DNA of 64,000 bases from Methanobacteriota archaeon (lineage in GTDB: Archaea > JAADCQ01 > Methanopyri > Methanopyrales > Methanopyraceae), in the NCBI GenBank assembly GCA_027064425.1, contig JAMOPO010000027.1:32001-96000 (forward strand), in the 5' to 3' direction. The translations under genes and the position numbers were made by a program. Below, piece after piece: positions 26,585 to 36,185 of this stretch. The first letter of the stretch is position 1. Every line of letters begins with the position of its first letter. Below the pieces are notes generated by a model. That model was not told the origin of the DNA. It ran no database searches and worked only from the letters and a program-made list of their open reading frames with translations.

Positions 26585-28096
26585 ATGGGGTTCATCTCCG
26601 AGGCCGTCTCCGAGGCGCTGCGAGGTCTCAAGCGCGGACCCAGCGTGCGGTCGGCGGTCCGGTCGGCGCTGCTGCTGTCGCCCGTCTGGAGCGTGATCGC
26701 GCTCACGGCGGTGATCCAGTCGGCGTCGCTGGAGAGGGTGTCCGAGCTGAGCTTCGGCCTGATCGCGGGAGTCCTCGCGTCGGCGCCGTTCCAGACGCTG
26801 GGGTCCAGAGTGGTTTCGGACGCCCGGTACCTGGGCGTTCTGTCGCCCTTTTTGGGCACGGTGGTCCTGACGACGCTCGCGTACCCGCCCGCCGCCTACC
26901 TCCTCGGCAAGCATCTGGCGCTAATTTTCAGGGTGAAGTTCTCCGAGGACGTCGCCCTGACGACCGAGCTCACGGGGGCCGCGTACACCCTAAGCTGCAT
27001 GGTCGTGGCCAGCTGGGGGGAGCATCAATGGCGGGCCGTCCTCCAGATCGTGCTGGCCTGGGCGCTGTTCTCGGTACTCTTCTCGGCGCTCTTTCTGGTC
27101 ACGTTCGACGTCGTGCGGGCCCTCCTCGTCTCGGCCTCGGTCCTCATCGCTACGCTCTCGGCGTGCCTGTTACTCAACGTCCTGGAGCACGTGGAAGACC
27201 GTCCAAAGCTGACGGCCCGGTACGTGTTCGGGAGCGTGATCGTGGCCGCAGCCGCCGCGCTGGACTACGCGATGACCGCGGTGTCATCCGCGATGTACTA
27301 CGCCATGGTCTTCTTCGACAAGGCGCTCGTGTGGTGGGAGCGCGGCTTCCCCTGCCCACCCCTGGACACGCCAGCCTTCGTGGGGATGATCCCCCTCCTA
27401 GCGGGCACGTTCGCGGCCGGCTTCTTCTGGACGAGCGCGGGGGACGATCTCGATCGAGTGTATGACGCGAGGCGGGAGGAGATGGCCCGCATTCAACGCA
27501 GGGTGTTCCTGCAGTTCCTCCAGGGGATGGGGGCGTCCCTGGCCCTGGCCGGGGTGCTCCTGCTTCTCTTGGTCCTGCTGGTAGGATCCGAGTTCAGGTG
27601 CTGGATTCTCCGGTACGTGGTGCCCCTGCTCGGTCCCGCGCTGGGCGTGCTGTCCGCCCACCTGATCGGTGGAGGGAGGACCAGCATCAAAGCGCTGCTA
27701 CCCTTGTGTATGTCCGCCCTCTCCCTGCTAACCTGGCTGAAGCCGCGGCCGGCCAGCATCAGCGCGGACCTGACGCTGATCTACGCGCTCGGCAGCGTCC
27801 CGGGAGCGCTGGTAGTCTACATATACCCCCAACTGGTCGCACTCCGGAGGGAGATCGAGGCCACGGCGGCGCTGGCCCTGATTCCGACGGCCGAAGCGCT
27901 CGCCTGGCGCTGGTGGGGAGTTGAGTGGGTAGCGCTGGGATACCTGGCCGGGACCGCCGCGTCGGCGGCCGTTCACGCGCTGGTCGCCGCCAGGATGTGG
28001 CGGGACCTGCGCGCAGAGATCTGCCGGGTGCTCTCGTACAACAACTTCGTCTCGTACGTCATAGAGATCCCGAGGTACGGGGGTGAGAGGCTCTGA
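26585..28096 (+). CDS. pelG: PelG-like multi-pass polysaccharide export membrane protein
   Basis: About 12 TM segments; YY....FDK.L.WW and LDTPAFVGMIP resemble PelG; directly downstream of pelF. Confidence 0.6.
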   Translation: MGFISEAVSEALRGLKRGPSVRSAVRSALLLSPVWSVIALTAVIQSASLERVSELSFGLIAGVLASAPFQTLGSRVVSDARYLGVLSPFLGTVVLTTLAYPPAAYLLGKHLALIFRVKFSEDVALTTELTGAAYTLSCMVVASWGEHQWRAVLQIVLAWALFSVLFSALFLVTFDVVRALLVSASVLIATLSACLLLNVLEHVEDRPKLTARYVFGSVIVAAAAALDYAMTAVSSAMYYAMVFFDKALVWWERGFPCPPLDTPAFVGMIPLLAGTFAAGFFWTSAGDDLDRVYDARREEMARIQRRVFLQFLQGMGASLALAGVLLLLLVLLVGSEFRCWILRYVVPLLGPALGVLSAHLIGGGRTSIKALLPLCMSALSLLTWLKPRPASISADLTLIYALGSVPGALVVYIYPQLVALRREIEATAALALIPTAEALAWRWWGVEWVALGYLAGTAASAAVHALVAARMWRDLRAEICRVLSYNNFVSYVIEIPRYGGERL

Positions 28097-29367
28097 CCGC
28101 CAGGGTCAACGTCGAGGTCTACGGGTGCGCGGCGAACCGGGACGACGGCAGGCTGGTGAAGGCTCTGCTCCGCCGGGCGGGGTTCGAGATCGTCGGCTCC
28201 GAGGACGAGGCCGACGCCACGGTCCTGCTCACCTGCATCGTCCGGGACAGCGTGGACGCGCGGATGGTCAACCGGATGGTGGAGCTGGAGGGTCACCCGA
28301 CGGTGGTAGCGGGCTGCTTCCCGGAGGCCTACCCGGATCGGGTCCGGAAGCTTCGGCCTGACGCCTCCCTCGTCGGCCCTCGCCACCTGGACCGGATCGT
28401 GGAGGCCGTTCGGGCGGTGCTGGAGGGGTCCAGGGTGGAGTTCATCGGCGACCGGGAGGATCTGGATTGGAAGGCCGACGCGCCCAGGGTTCTCCCCGGC
28501 CTGAGCGCTATTGTACCCATCTGCGAGGGGTGCCCGAACCGGTGCGCCTACTGCGCCGTTAAGCTCGCCCGCGGCGACCTGCGCAGCTTCTCGCCGGAGC
28601 GCATCCTGCGGCGGGTGGAGCGGGAGCTGGAGCGGGGCGCGGTTGAGATCCACCTCACGGCCCAGGACACGGCCGCGTACGGTCAGGACCTCGGCGTGGA
28701 CCTGATCGACCTGCTGGAGGACGTGGTCGAGTTGTGCTCGCGGTACGGGGCCCGGGTGCGGCTGGGCATGTTTAACCCTGGCAGCGCGTACCCGATCGCG
28801 GACGAGCTGGCCGACCTGTTCGCCACATGGGATGACGTGCTCTACCGATCCGTGCACATGCCGGTGCAGAGCGGCGACGACGAGGTGCTGCGGCGCATGA
28901 ACCGTAACTACACCGTCGAGGAGGCGCTGGAGATCTACCGGGCCTTCGAGCGGCGGCTCGGGTACTTCGCGTTCATCACGGACGTGATCGTGGGGTTCCC
29001 CGGGGAGACGGAGGAGGCATTCCGTAACACGCTGGAGTTCCTGGAGCGGACCAGGCCTCACATCCTGCACGCCTCCCGGTTCTGCAGGCGCCCCCGCACG
29101 CCGGCCGCCGAGATGGAGGACCAGGTCCCGGAGGAGGTCAAGCTCCGGCGGAGCCGCGTCCTGCACAGGAAGCGGTTGGAGTGGGCGCGCGAGGCCAACC
29201 GGGAGCTGGTCGGTAGGAGGGTTGAGGTAACGGTGCTGGGCGAGGGGTGGGGTCGTGACGAGCACGCCAAGAAGTCGGTGTTCCGGGGCGACGAGCCCGA
29301 GCCGGGCGAGCGGGTGCGGTGTCGGGTCGTGGACGCGTGTCACTCGAGGCTGGTGGTGACGACTTAA
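28093..29367 (+). CDS. mtaB: tRNA t6A methylthiotransferase (MtaB/CDKAL1 type); probable CTG start
   Basis: EVYGCAAN, LTCIV, VAGC, EGCPNRCAYC, HMPVQSG, DVIVGFPGET, TRAM-like C-terminus. Confidence 0.85.
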   Translation: MTARVNVEVYGCAANRDDGRLVKALLRRAGFEIVGSEDEADATVLLTCIVRDSVDARMVNRMVELEGHPTVVAGCFPEAYPDRVRKLRPDASLVGPRHLDRIVEAVRAVLEGSRVEFIGDREDLDWKADAPRVLPGLSAIVPICEGCPNRCAYCAVKLARGDLRSFSPERILRRVERELERGAVEIHLTAQDTAAYGQDLGVDLIDLLEDVVELCSRYGARVRLGMFNPGSAYPIADELADLFATWDDVLYRSVHMPVQSGDDEVLRRMNRNYTVEEALEIYRAFERRLGYFAFITDVIVGFPGETEEAFRNTLEFLERTRPHILHASRFCRRPRTPAAEMEDQVPEEVKLRRSRVLHRKRLEWAREANRELVGRRVEVTVLGEGWGRDEHAKKSVFRGDEPEPGERVRCRVVDACHSRLVVTT

Positions 29368-29375
29368 GCGTCGGG

Positions 29376-29435
29376 GCGGTCGGAGAGTACAGCCCTCGTC
29401 ACCAGGTCTCTGCCACGAGCCGGTCGTCATCCCGC
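29376..29435 (-). ncRNA. Box C/D guide sRNA
   Basis: gcgg-GATGACGA-ccggctcgtgg-CAGA-gacctg-GTGACGA-gggctgtactct-CCGA-ccgc: all four boxes, 11-12 nt guides, terminal stem. Confidence 0.82.
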
Positions 29436-29449
29436 GGGGGGTGACCCGA

Positions 29450-29614
29450 ATGTTTCCGATCCTAATAGTGCTGGCGGTCCTGCTCCTGGGGCTGATAGCC
29501 TGTCTGCTCGTGATCGGCGCGATGGTGCTCTTAGGGGTGCGACCGTCCAGGCTACTGAGGCGGCTGGCGGACGTGTTGGAGCGGCTAGAGGAGCGCCTCA
29601 CGTCGGAGAGCTAG
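29450..29614 (+). CDS. Small single-pass membrane protein (54 aa), not in the ORF track
   Basis: GGGGTGA RBS; MFPILIVLAVLLLGLIACLLVIGAMVLLGVRPSRLLRRLADVLERLEERLTSES; stop overlaps the mobB stop. Confidence 0.65.
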   Translation: MFPILIVLAVLLLGLIACLLVIGAMVLLGVRPSRLLRRLADVLERLEERLTSES

Positions 29615-30252
29615 AGGCGCACGGCGACCAGCGCGCGCTCCCCTCCACCCCCCTTCAGCGACCGCACCAGTGACCCCACCACGTTTCGAACGAGCCGCGC
29701 GACGAAGGGGTTGAGGTGCAGCGGCCGGTCGTCGACGAGGACCGCGGCGTTCTCCGGCACCCGACAGTCGTCCGGTGACACCTCCCCGCGCGCCACCGCC
29801 CGCCAGAACGCCCGGCAGGAATCGTACCCACACCGCCCGCAGTCGGCCTCAGCCGTGTACTTGACCGCGTACTTGCGGACAATCTCGCCCGGCGACTCCC
29901 CCTCGAGCGGCACGGTCGGCCCTCGCCCGTCCCTCCCCAGATCCACCCTCGTCCCGACCTCGCGCGACCGGAATCCCTCGACCAGCGCGTAGTCCACGCC
30001 CACCAGGGCGAGGAGCGCCAGCGCCCCGTCGAGGTCCAGGTCTAGGAACGCGACCGTCTCCTCCTCCGCCACGCCGACCCTCACGTCCGCGGGCACGCGG
30101 CCCGTATCCCGGCTCTTCAGGTCCAGCCGGCGCTCCCCGACGGACTTCACGTAGCCCACCCGGTAACCCTCCTCGGTCAGCTCCTCGGCCGCCTCCGCGC
30201 AGAACTCGGTCTTGCCCGAACCCTTGGGTCCCACCACCTGAAGGACCCGCAC
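29611..30252 (-). CDS. mobB: Molybdopterin-guanine dinucleotide biosynthesis protein B with FeS domain
   Basis: VVGPKGSGKT P-loop, LVEGF, DCGRCGYDSC, LNPFV. Confidence 0.85.
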   Translation of the reverse strand: MRVLQVVGPKGSGKTEFCAEAAEELTEEGYRVGYVKSVGERRLDLKSRDTGRVPADVRVGVAEEETVAFLDLDLDGALALLALVGVDYALVEGFRSREVGTRVDLGRDGRGPTVPLEGESPGEIVRKYAVKYTAEADCGRCGYDSCRAFWRAVARGEVSPDDCRVPENAAVLVDDRPLHLNPFVARLVRNVVGSLVRSLKGGGGERALVAVRL

Positions 30253-30311
30253 GTTCGGTCCCCCTAACCTTATCAGGGACCGCGGGAGGGTCACGCGGTC
30301 GGGGGCGCGGA

Positions 30312-30959
30312 TTGTACAAGGTGACCGTGGTGGTCTCGGACGAGCCTCCGCTGGAGGAGGGTCTGAAGTCCGGACCCGGATTCGCGGCGCTGGTCGAGGG
30401 AAGGAGAACGGTGCTCTTCGACACCGGTCCCAGCCCGGACCTGCTGGAGCATAACCTCAAGGAGCTGGGGTACGAGCCGGACGACATCGACTTCGTCGTG
30501 GTGTCTCACAACCACTGGGACCACACGGGAGGGTTGGAGGCCGTCGCCTCCTCGGCCCTGAAAGTGGTCACCCCGGAGGAGCTGGGCGCGCCGAACGAGA
30601 TGGTTCGGGAGGAGTGGCTCGGCATCGACGACATCGTGCTGACCGACGTGCTCGAGGGACCGCCCCGGGAGCGGGCGCTCTTCATCAGCGGCCTCCTGGT
30701 GACCGGGTGCGCCCACCCCGGCATCGACAAGTTCGCGGAGTGGTGCGACCGGCGCGGGTTCAAGGTGACCGCCGTCCTCGGCGGGTTCCATCTGTCGGGC
30801 GCGTCGAAGCGGGAGGTCGAGCGCATCGCCGATCGGTTGGAGGAGCTCGGGGTGGAGATCGCGGGACCGTGCCACTGCTCGGGCGAGGTCGCGAAGGAAG
30901 TGTTCAAGGAGCGGTTCGAGTTCATCGACGTGGGCCCGGGACTCGAGGTGAAGATCTAG
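30312..30959 (+). CDS. MBL-fold metallo-hydrolase (MJ0301-like)
   Basis: LFDTG, SHNHWDHTGG, TGCAHPG, GGFHL, PCHCSG. Confidence 0.85.
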   Translation: MYKVTVVVSDEPPLEEGLKSGPGFAALVEGRRTVLFDTGPSPDLLEHNLKELGYEPDDIDFVVVSHNHWDHTGGLEAVASSALKVVTPEELGAPNEMVREEWLGIDDIVLTDVLEGPPRERALFISGLLVTGCAHPGIDKFAEWCDRRGFKVTAVLGGFHLSGASKREVERIADRLEELGVEIAGPCHCSGEVAKEVFKERFEFIDVGPGLEVKI

Positions 30960-31029
30960 CCGCGCCCGGCGCCGCGACGCCCGGGGAGGCGCCCGGGATG
31001 GTGAGGGACGACCGGGGGCCGGCGCCGGG

Positions 31030-32061
31030 TCACGGATGGTACCCGAACTCTTCCAGTCCCGCCGCTTCCTCGAACCCCATCCGGATGTTCATGTTCTGGA
31101 TAGCCTGACCGGAGGCTCCCTTGGTCAGGTTGTCGATGGCCGAGGCCACGACGATGCGGCCGTCACCCACGGCGAAGACGCCGATGTCGCAGTAGTTGGT
31201 GCCCCGCACCGCCCACAGCCGCGGCGCCTCACCGACCTCGCACAGGCGGATGAACGGCTCATCCTCGTAGTAATCCTCGTAGAGCTCCCGGAGCTCTTGG
31301 GGCTCGATCTCCGCGTCGCCGAGGCAGTGGGCGGTCGTCTCGATGCCGCGGACGAGCGGTGCCAGGTGCGGGGTGAAGTGCACCTCCGCGTCGCCCAGCT
31401 TGCTCAGCTCCTGCCGGATCTCGGGCAGGTGCCGGTGGTCCGTGGGGTTGTACGGGGTGAGGTCCTCCGCGCACTCCGGGTGGTGGGTCGTCTGGGAGGG
31501 CTTGACACCGGCGCCCGAGGTCCCGCTCTTGGAGTCGAAGATGATCACGTCGGCCAGGCCCTCCTCCACGATCGGGGCGGCGGCGAGGATCGCTCCGGTG
31601 GGGTAGCACCCGGGGTTGGCGATGAGATCGGCCTTCCGTATCTCGTCCCGGTGCAGCTCGGGCAGCCCGTACACGGCCTTGTCGTTGAGCTCCGGGGCCT
31701 TGTGTTCGACGCCGTACCAGCGCTCGTACTCCTCGACGTCGTCGAACCGGAAGTCGGCGCTGAGGTCGATCACGACGGCCCCACCGTCGAGCAGCTCGGG
31801 CACGATCTCCATGGCCGCGGTGTGTGGCACGGCCGTGAACACGACGTCGCACTCCTCACCGACCTCCGCCGGGTCTGGGTCCGTGAACCGGAGGTCGGGG
31901 TACTCGTCGCGGAGGTTAGGGTGCACCTTCCAGACGGGTTCTCCCTCCATCTTGCGGGAGGTCGCGTACCGGACCTCCTCAACCTCGGGGTGCCGGGCGA
32001 GGAGCCTTAGGAGCTCTCCGCCCGTGTAACCGGAGGCGCCGACCACGCCCACGACGACCAC
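31030..32061 (-). CDS. argC: N-acetyl-gamma-glutamyl-phosphate reductase
   Basis: GASGYTG, DLSADFR, ANPGCYPT, SGTSGAG, DNLTKGASGQA. Confidence 0.96.
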   Translation of the reverse strand: MVVVGVVGASGYTGGELLRLLARHPEVEEVRYATSRKMEGEPVWKVHPNLRDEYPDLRFTDPDPAEVGEECDVVFTAVPHTAAMEIVPELLDGGAVVIDLSADFRFDDVEEYERWYGVEHKAPELNDKAVYGLPELHRDEIRKADLIANPGCYPTGAILAAAPIVEEGLADVIIFDSKSGTSGAGVKPSQTTHHPECAEDLTPYNPTDHRHLPEIRQELSKLGDAEVHFTPHLAPLVRGIETTAHCLGDAEIEPQELRELYEDYYEDEPFIRLCEVGEAPRLWAVRGTNYCDIGVFAVGDGRIVVASAIDNLTKGASGQAIQNMNIRMGFEEAAGLEEFGYHP

Positions 32062-32075
32062 GGGGTGCCGCCCCC

Positions 32076-32777
32076 TTGGGCGACCCTTTGGTGGAGATCG
32101 TCGGGGAGATTCGCCGTGATCTGGGCTTTAAGGAGTCCGAGGATCGGCTGGCCGCGGCGCTGATGTGCGAGCTGTTGTCGGGTCGGGGACTGGATCTGAG
32201 GGACGTCCCGGTCGCCCGGGAGGTGGTCGTGGTCGGGGCCGGACCGTCCGTCCGCAGGCTGCCGGAGGTTCGAGAGGAGCTTGAGGACCGGGTCGTTTAC
32301 GCCGCGGACGGCGCGTGTGAGGCGCTGCTCCGGGCGGGCATCGTCCCGGACGTGGTGGTCACGGACCTAGACGGCCGGGTGGAGTTCCTGCTGATGGCCG
32401 TGCGGGCGGGCGCGGTACCCGTCGTGCACGCGCACGGGGACAACGTGGACCGGCTGGCGCGGTGGGTCCCGGTGCTGGCGGATGAGGGAGTGCTCGGGAC
32501 CTGCCAGGTGGACCCGCCGTGCCCGGAGCTCGTGAATCCGGGCGGGTTCACGGACGGGGATCGCGCGGTGGTGCTGGCGGCCAGGCGCGGGGCGCGCCGG
32601 GTTCTAACCGTGGGGATGGACTTCGGGGAGCTGACGACGGAGTTCTCCAGGCCGGGTGAGGGGCGCGGCGTGTTCCGGGCGGACCCCGTCAAGCGAAGGA
32701 AGCTGGAGTGGGGGGAGCGGATCGTGCGGATGGTCCGGGAGCACCTAGGGGTGGAGATCGTCCCGATGGTGGAGTAG
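32076..32777 (+). CDS. mptE: 6-hydroxymethyl-7,8-dihydropterin pyrophosphokinase
   Basis: GAGPS, AADGA, VTDLDG, HAHGDN, GGFTDGDRA, KRRKL. Confidence 0.9.
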   Translation: MGDPLVEIVGEIRRDLGFKESEDRLAAALMCELLSGRGLDLRDVPVAREVVVVGAGPSVRRLPEVREELEDRVVYAADGACEALLRAGIVPDVVVTDLDGRVEFLLMAVRAGAVPVVHAHGDNVDRLARWVPVLADEGVLGTCQVDPPCPELVNPGGFTDGDRAVVLAARRGARRVLTVGMDFGELTTEFSRPGEGRGVFRADPVKRRKLEWGERIVRMVREHLGVEIVPMVE

Positions 32778-32778
32778 G

Positions 32779-32836
32779 GGCTCGGCCTCGTGCCGTGTCA
32801 TCACCGGTCAGCAGGGGCGCCGGGTCACCTCATCGC
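32779..32836 (-). ncRNA. Box C/D guide sRNA overlapping the cobB stop codon
   Basis: ATGAGGTGA-cccggcgcccctg-CTGA-ccg-GTGATGA-cacggcacgagg-CCGA; second guide is complementary to conserved 16S CUCGUGCCGUG. Confidence 0.8.
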
Positions 32837-33580
32837 ACGGATCTCTTCCCACAGCCTGCGCATCGCCGGCGCGGCGCGCTCGCGGATGCACACGTGCATG
32901 TGGTGGGACAGCTGGGTCTCGGAGGGGTTGATCTCGATCAGCCTGGCCCCGTGCTGCCGGGCGATCACGGGCAGGTCGGCGGCGGGCCGAACCTCCCCGG
33001 AGGTGCCGATCACGAGCATCACGTCGCAACCTCGAGCCAGCTCCTCAGCCTCGACGAGGGCGTCCGGTGGGAGGGGCTCGCCGAACCAGACGACCCCGGG
33101 CCGCAGCAGCTCGCCGCACTCGGGGCACCGGGGAGGGAGCTCGTCGTACTCGAGCCCCTCTCCACGTTCCGGGTCGTTCATCCGCTCGTAGTCGCAGTCG
33201 ATGCACTCATCGCGCCAGATGTTCCCGTGCAGCTCGATGACGCGCTCGGAGCCGGCGCGCTGGTGCAGCCCGTCAACGTTCTGGGTGATCACGGCCTCCA
33301 GAAGGCCTTCCTCTTCCATCCTAGCGAGGATCCGGTGCGCGTCATTGGGCTCCGCCTCGGCGATCTTCTTCCGGCGCCAGAGGTACCATTTCCAAACTTT
33401 CTCGGGATCCTTGGCGAACGCCTCCGGGGTGGCGAGCTCGCGGGGATCGTAGCGGTTCCAGAGCCCGTCCTTGCCGCGGAAGGTGGGGATGCCGGAGTCG
33501 GCGGAGGCCCCGGCTCCGGTCAGGGCGACGACGGTCTCGGCGTCCAGGATGAGCTCCGCGGCGCGCTCCAGCTCACTCAT
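32825..33580 (-). CDS. cobB: NAD-dependent protein deacylase, Sir2 family
   Basis: [39 protein letters not shown]. Confidence 0.95.
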   Translation of the reverse strand: MSELERAAELILDAETVVALTGAGASADSGIPTFRGKDGLWNRYDPRELATPEAFAKDPEKVWKWYLWRRKKIAEAEPNDAHRILARMEEEGLLEAVITQNVDGLHQRAGSERVIELHGNIWRDECIDCDYERMNDPERGEGLEYDELPPRCPECGELLRPGVVWFGEPLPPDALVEAEELARGCDVMLVIGTSGEVRPAADLPVIARQHGARLIEINPSETQLSHHMHVCIRERAAPAMRRLWEEIRAMR

Positions 33581-35096
33581 TTTGCTCCTTCCTCCGCTGC
33601 TTCTTCCACTCCTCCAGCGGGACGCCGAACTTCCGCTCGACCTCCTCCCGGTGGATGGTGTTGTAGGCGCAGAACGGGATGATCCGGCCGTCCGGGGTGG
33701 CGTAGTGGATCACGCAGCGCCGCACCCGGTCGACCTGGAAGTTGTACGGGTCCATGAAGTGCATGCAACCGAGTAGGAACGCGTTCCAGTGGTACTCGGA
33801 GAGGGCGTCGTACGTTCCCTTGGTGACCACGTCCACGACCAGACGCGCCAGGCGCTTCTTGCCGGTGATTCCCTTGAAGATCCGGCGGAGGTTCTTGGCG
33901 ATGATCCAGGTTGCCTTGGCCTTGTCCCGCGTCCGCTCCAGGCTGCCAATCTTCCTTGCGACCTTCTCGAGCGTGTCGAGGAAGGCGTCCGGGTCGACGT
34001 AGTCGGTGATCGGCCGGTACCAGTCGTCCTCCTCGATGAGGTAAGTGGCGACGCCGCAGATTGGGTGGGCGGAGAACTCGGGCTTGGGCTCACCGTGCAG
34101 GCGGCCGATCAGGTGCGCGATCTTGGCGGCGACGGGGACGGGGTAGAAGCTGTCGGCGGGGATCCTGCCATCGGTCTGCTCCTCGACGAGCTTGACGAAG
34201 TCTGGGATGGTGATCCGCATCCGCTCGCGCTCCTCTTTCGGCGTCCGGCCGGTGAAGGAGATGGGCTGAACGTTGATCCCGCGGATGACCTCGTACTCGC
34301 GGGCGAAGTCGAGCATGGGTCGGATCTGGTCGTCGTTCACGCCGCGGGCGAGGGTGGGGACGAGGACGGTGGAGAGCCCCACGCGCTCGAGAACCTTGAT
34401 CGCCTCCTTCTTGAGCTCCAGGACCTTCCGGCTGCCGCGCACCTCCTCGTAGATCTCGGGCTTGAGCCCGTCGAACTGCAGGTACACGACGTTGAGCCCG
34501 GCCTCGTGCAGGTCCTCGGCGAGCTCGGGGTTGCGCGCGAACTCGATCCCGTTGGTCGCGATCTGGACGTGGAAGCCGCGCTCGTCGGCCGCCGCGATGA
34601 TCTCGTGGATGTCGTCTCGAACGAGCGGCTCGCCGCCCGCAAACTGGACGGCCGGGGTCTTCACGGGGCGCTCGGAGCGGAGCAGGTCGAGCATCTCCTC
34701 GATCTGCTCGAGGCTGGGCTCGTAAACGTACCCCTTCGCCTCGGCGTTGGCGAAGCAGACCGGACAGTTCAGGTTGCAGCGGTTGGTCACGTCGATGATG
34801 CCGAGGGCGGTCGTGCTGAGGTGACGGTCGCAGAGGCCGCAGCTGCGGGGACAGCCCTCGGAGCACTCCGTCTGCGGGTTCTCGATCCCGGGCCCCTTAT
34901 GCTCGTACTTCATGGCGCGCTCGAACATCTCCACGTCGGACCACACCACCTCCCGGAACTCGCCGTGCTCGGGGCACTTCTTAACTATCTCAACCTCACC
35001 GTTCCCGGTGCGCACCAGCCGGGCCGGAACGATTTCAAGGCACTCCGGGCAGAGGCTCTCGGTCTCGTACAGCACCTCGTTATTCTCGGTGGTCAC
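33573..35096 (-). CDS. tes: Tetraether lipid synthase Tes / GDGT-MAS (MJ0619 family radical SAM)
   Basis: TESLCPEC...[60 protein letters not shown]. Confidence 0.85.
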   Translation of the reverse strand: MTTENNEVLYETESLCPECLEIVPARLVRTGNGEVEIVKKCPEHGEFREVVWSDVEMFERAMKYEHKGPGIENPQTECSEGCPRSCGLCDRHLSTTALGIIDVTNRCNLNCPVCFANAEAKGYVYEPSLEQIEEMLDLLRSERPVKTPAVQFAGGEPLVRDDIHEIIAAADERGFHVQIATNGIEFARNPELAEDLHEAGLNVVYLQFDGLKPEIYEEVRGSRKVLELKKEAIKVLERVGLSTVLVPTLARGVNDDQIRPMLDFAREYEVIRGINVQPISFTGRTPKEERERMRITIPDFVKLVEEQTDGRIPADSFYPVPVAAKIAHLIGRLHGEPKPEFSAHPICGVATYLIEEDDWYRPITDYVDPDAFLDTLEKVARKIGSLERTRDKAKATWIIAKNLRRIFKGITGKKRLARLVVDVVTKGTYDALSEYHWNAFLLGCMHFMDPYNFQVDRVRRCVIHYATPDGRIIPFCAYNTIHREEVERKFGVPLEEWKKQRRKEQNE

Positions 35097-35124
35097 CAGT
35101 GCACCCCCGGAAGGGGATGGTGGA

Positions 35125-35640
35125 ATGGACGTGGGTGTGACCGTAATCGAAGTCGCTCGAGGGGTGTGGTTCATACTGCCCGCCTACATCGCCAACCTTA
35201 GCGCTTGCCTGTTCGGGGGCGGTACCCCGCTGGATTTTGGTAAAAAGCTTTCCGACGGGCGACGCCTGCTGGGCGACGGCGTAACCGTTCGCGGGTTCTG
35301 CGTGGGGGTGCTGGCGGGGGCGCTGACGGGGCTTGCGGAGGGTATCGCCAGCGGGAACCCCTCCAGGTGGCTGGAGGGAGCCGTCCTGGGCTTCGGGGCG
35401 ATGGCGGGTGACGCGGCGGGAAGCTTCATCAAGCGGCGGCTCGGGCTCGAGCGGGGGGCACCGGCCCCGGTCCTGGACCAGCTGGACTTCTTCGCGGGCG
35501 CCCTCCTCGCTTACTACCTGGTCTACGGGCAGGCCCTCACCGCGAAGATGATCGCGGTGCTGGCGGGGCTAACGCTCTTCCTGCACTGGCTGACCAACGC
35601 CCTCGGCTACCTGTTGAAGCTGAAGGAGGTGCCGTGGTGA
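35125..35640 (+). CDS. carS: CDP-archaeol synthase
   Basis: LPAYIAN, GGGTPLDFGK, GD..GSFIKRR, LDQLDF, KEVPW. Confidence 0.92.
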   Translation: MDVGVTVIEVARGVWFILPAYIANLSACLFGGGTPLDFGKKLSDGRRLLGDGVTVRGFCVGVLAGALTGLAEGIASGNPSRWLEGAVLGFGAMAGDAAGSFIKRRLGLERGAPAPVLDQLDFFAGALLAYYLVYGQALTAKMIAVLAGLTLFLHWLTNALGYLLKLKEVPW

Positions 35641-36185
35641 TGGAGCGGGAGCGGCTCGTAAGGATGCTCCTGGACGCTGGGGCGCTGAAGTTTGGGAACT
35701 TCGTTCTCTCCTCCGGGCGCCGCAGCGATTACTACGTCGACATCAAGGAGGCGTGCACGCACCCGGAGGTGCTGGACGCGCTGACGGACGCGCTGGCGGA
35801 GATCCTACCCGACGGCGAGGTGGTAGCGGGACCGGAGCTGGGTGCGGTACCGCTCGTCTCGGTCCTGGCGGTTAAGACGGGTCGGGAGATGGCCATCATC
35901 CGGAAGAGACGGAAGGAGTACGGCCGGGAGGAGAGGATCGTAGGCGACGTGGAGGGTCGGCGGGTGATCCTCGTGGACGACGTGGCAACGACGGGCGGGT
36001 CCCTGCTCGAGGCGGCGGAGGCTGTCGAGGAGGCGGGCGGCGAGGTGCGGGACGCGGTCGTCGTCGTGGACCGGCGCGAGGGGGCGGAGGAAGCGCTTAA
36101 AGAGCGTGGAATCAGGCTGAGGAGCGTGCTGACGGCCGACGAGCTGCGGGGGGCGGCGGAGCGTGAAGGTGATGATCGTGGGTAG
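35640..36185 (+). CDS. pyrE: Orotate phosphoribosyltransferase
   Basis: FVLSSGRRSDYYVD, RKRRKEYG, VDDVATTGGS. Confidence 0.95.
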   Translation: MERERLVRMLLDAGALKFGNFVLSSGRRSDYYVDIKEACTHPEVLDALTDALAEILPDGEVVAGPELGAVPLVSVLAVKTGREMAIIRKRRKEYGREERIVGDVEGRRVILVDDVATTGGSLLEAAEAVEEAGGEVRDAVVVVDRREGAEEALKERGIRLRSVLTADELRGAAEREGDDRG

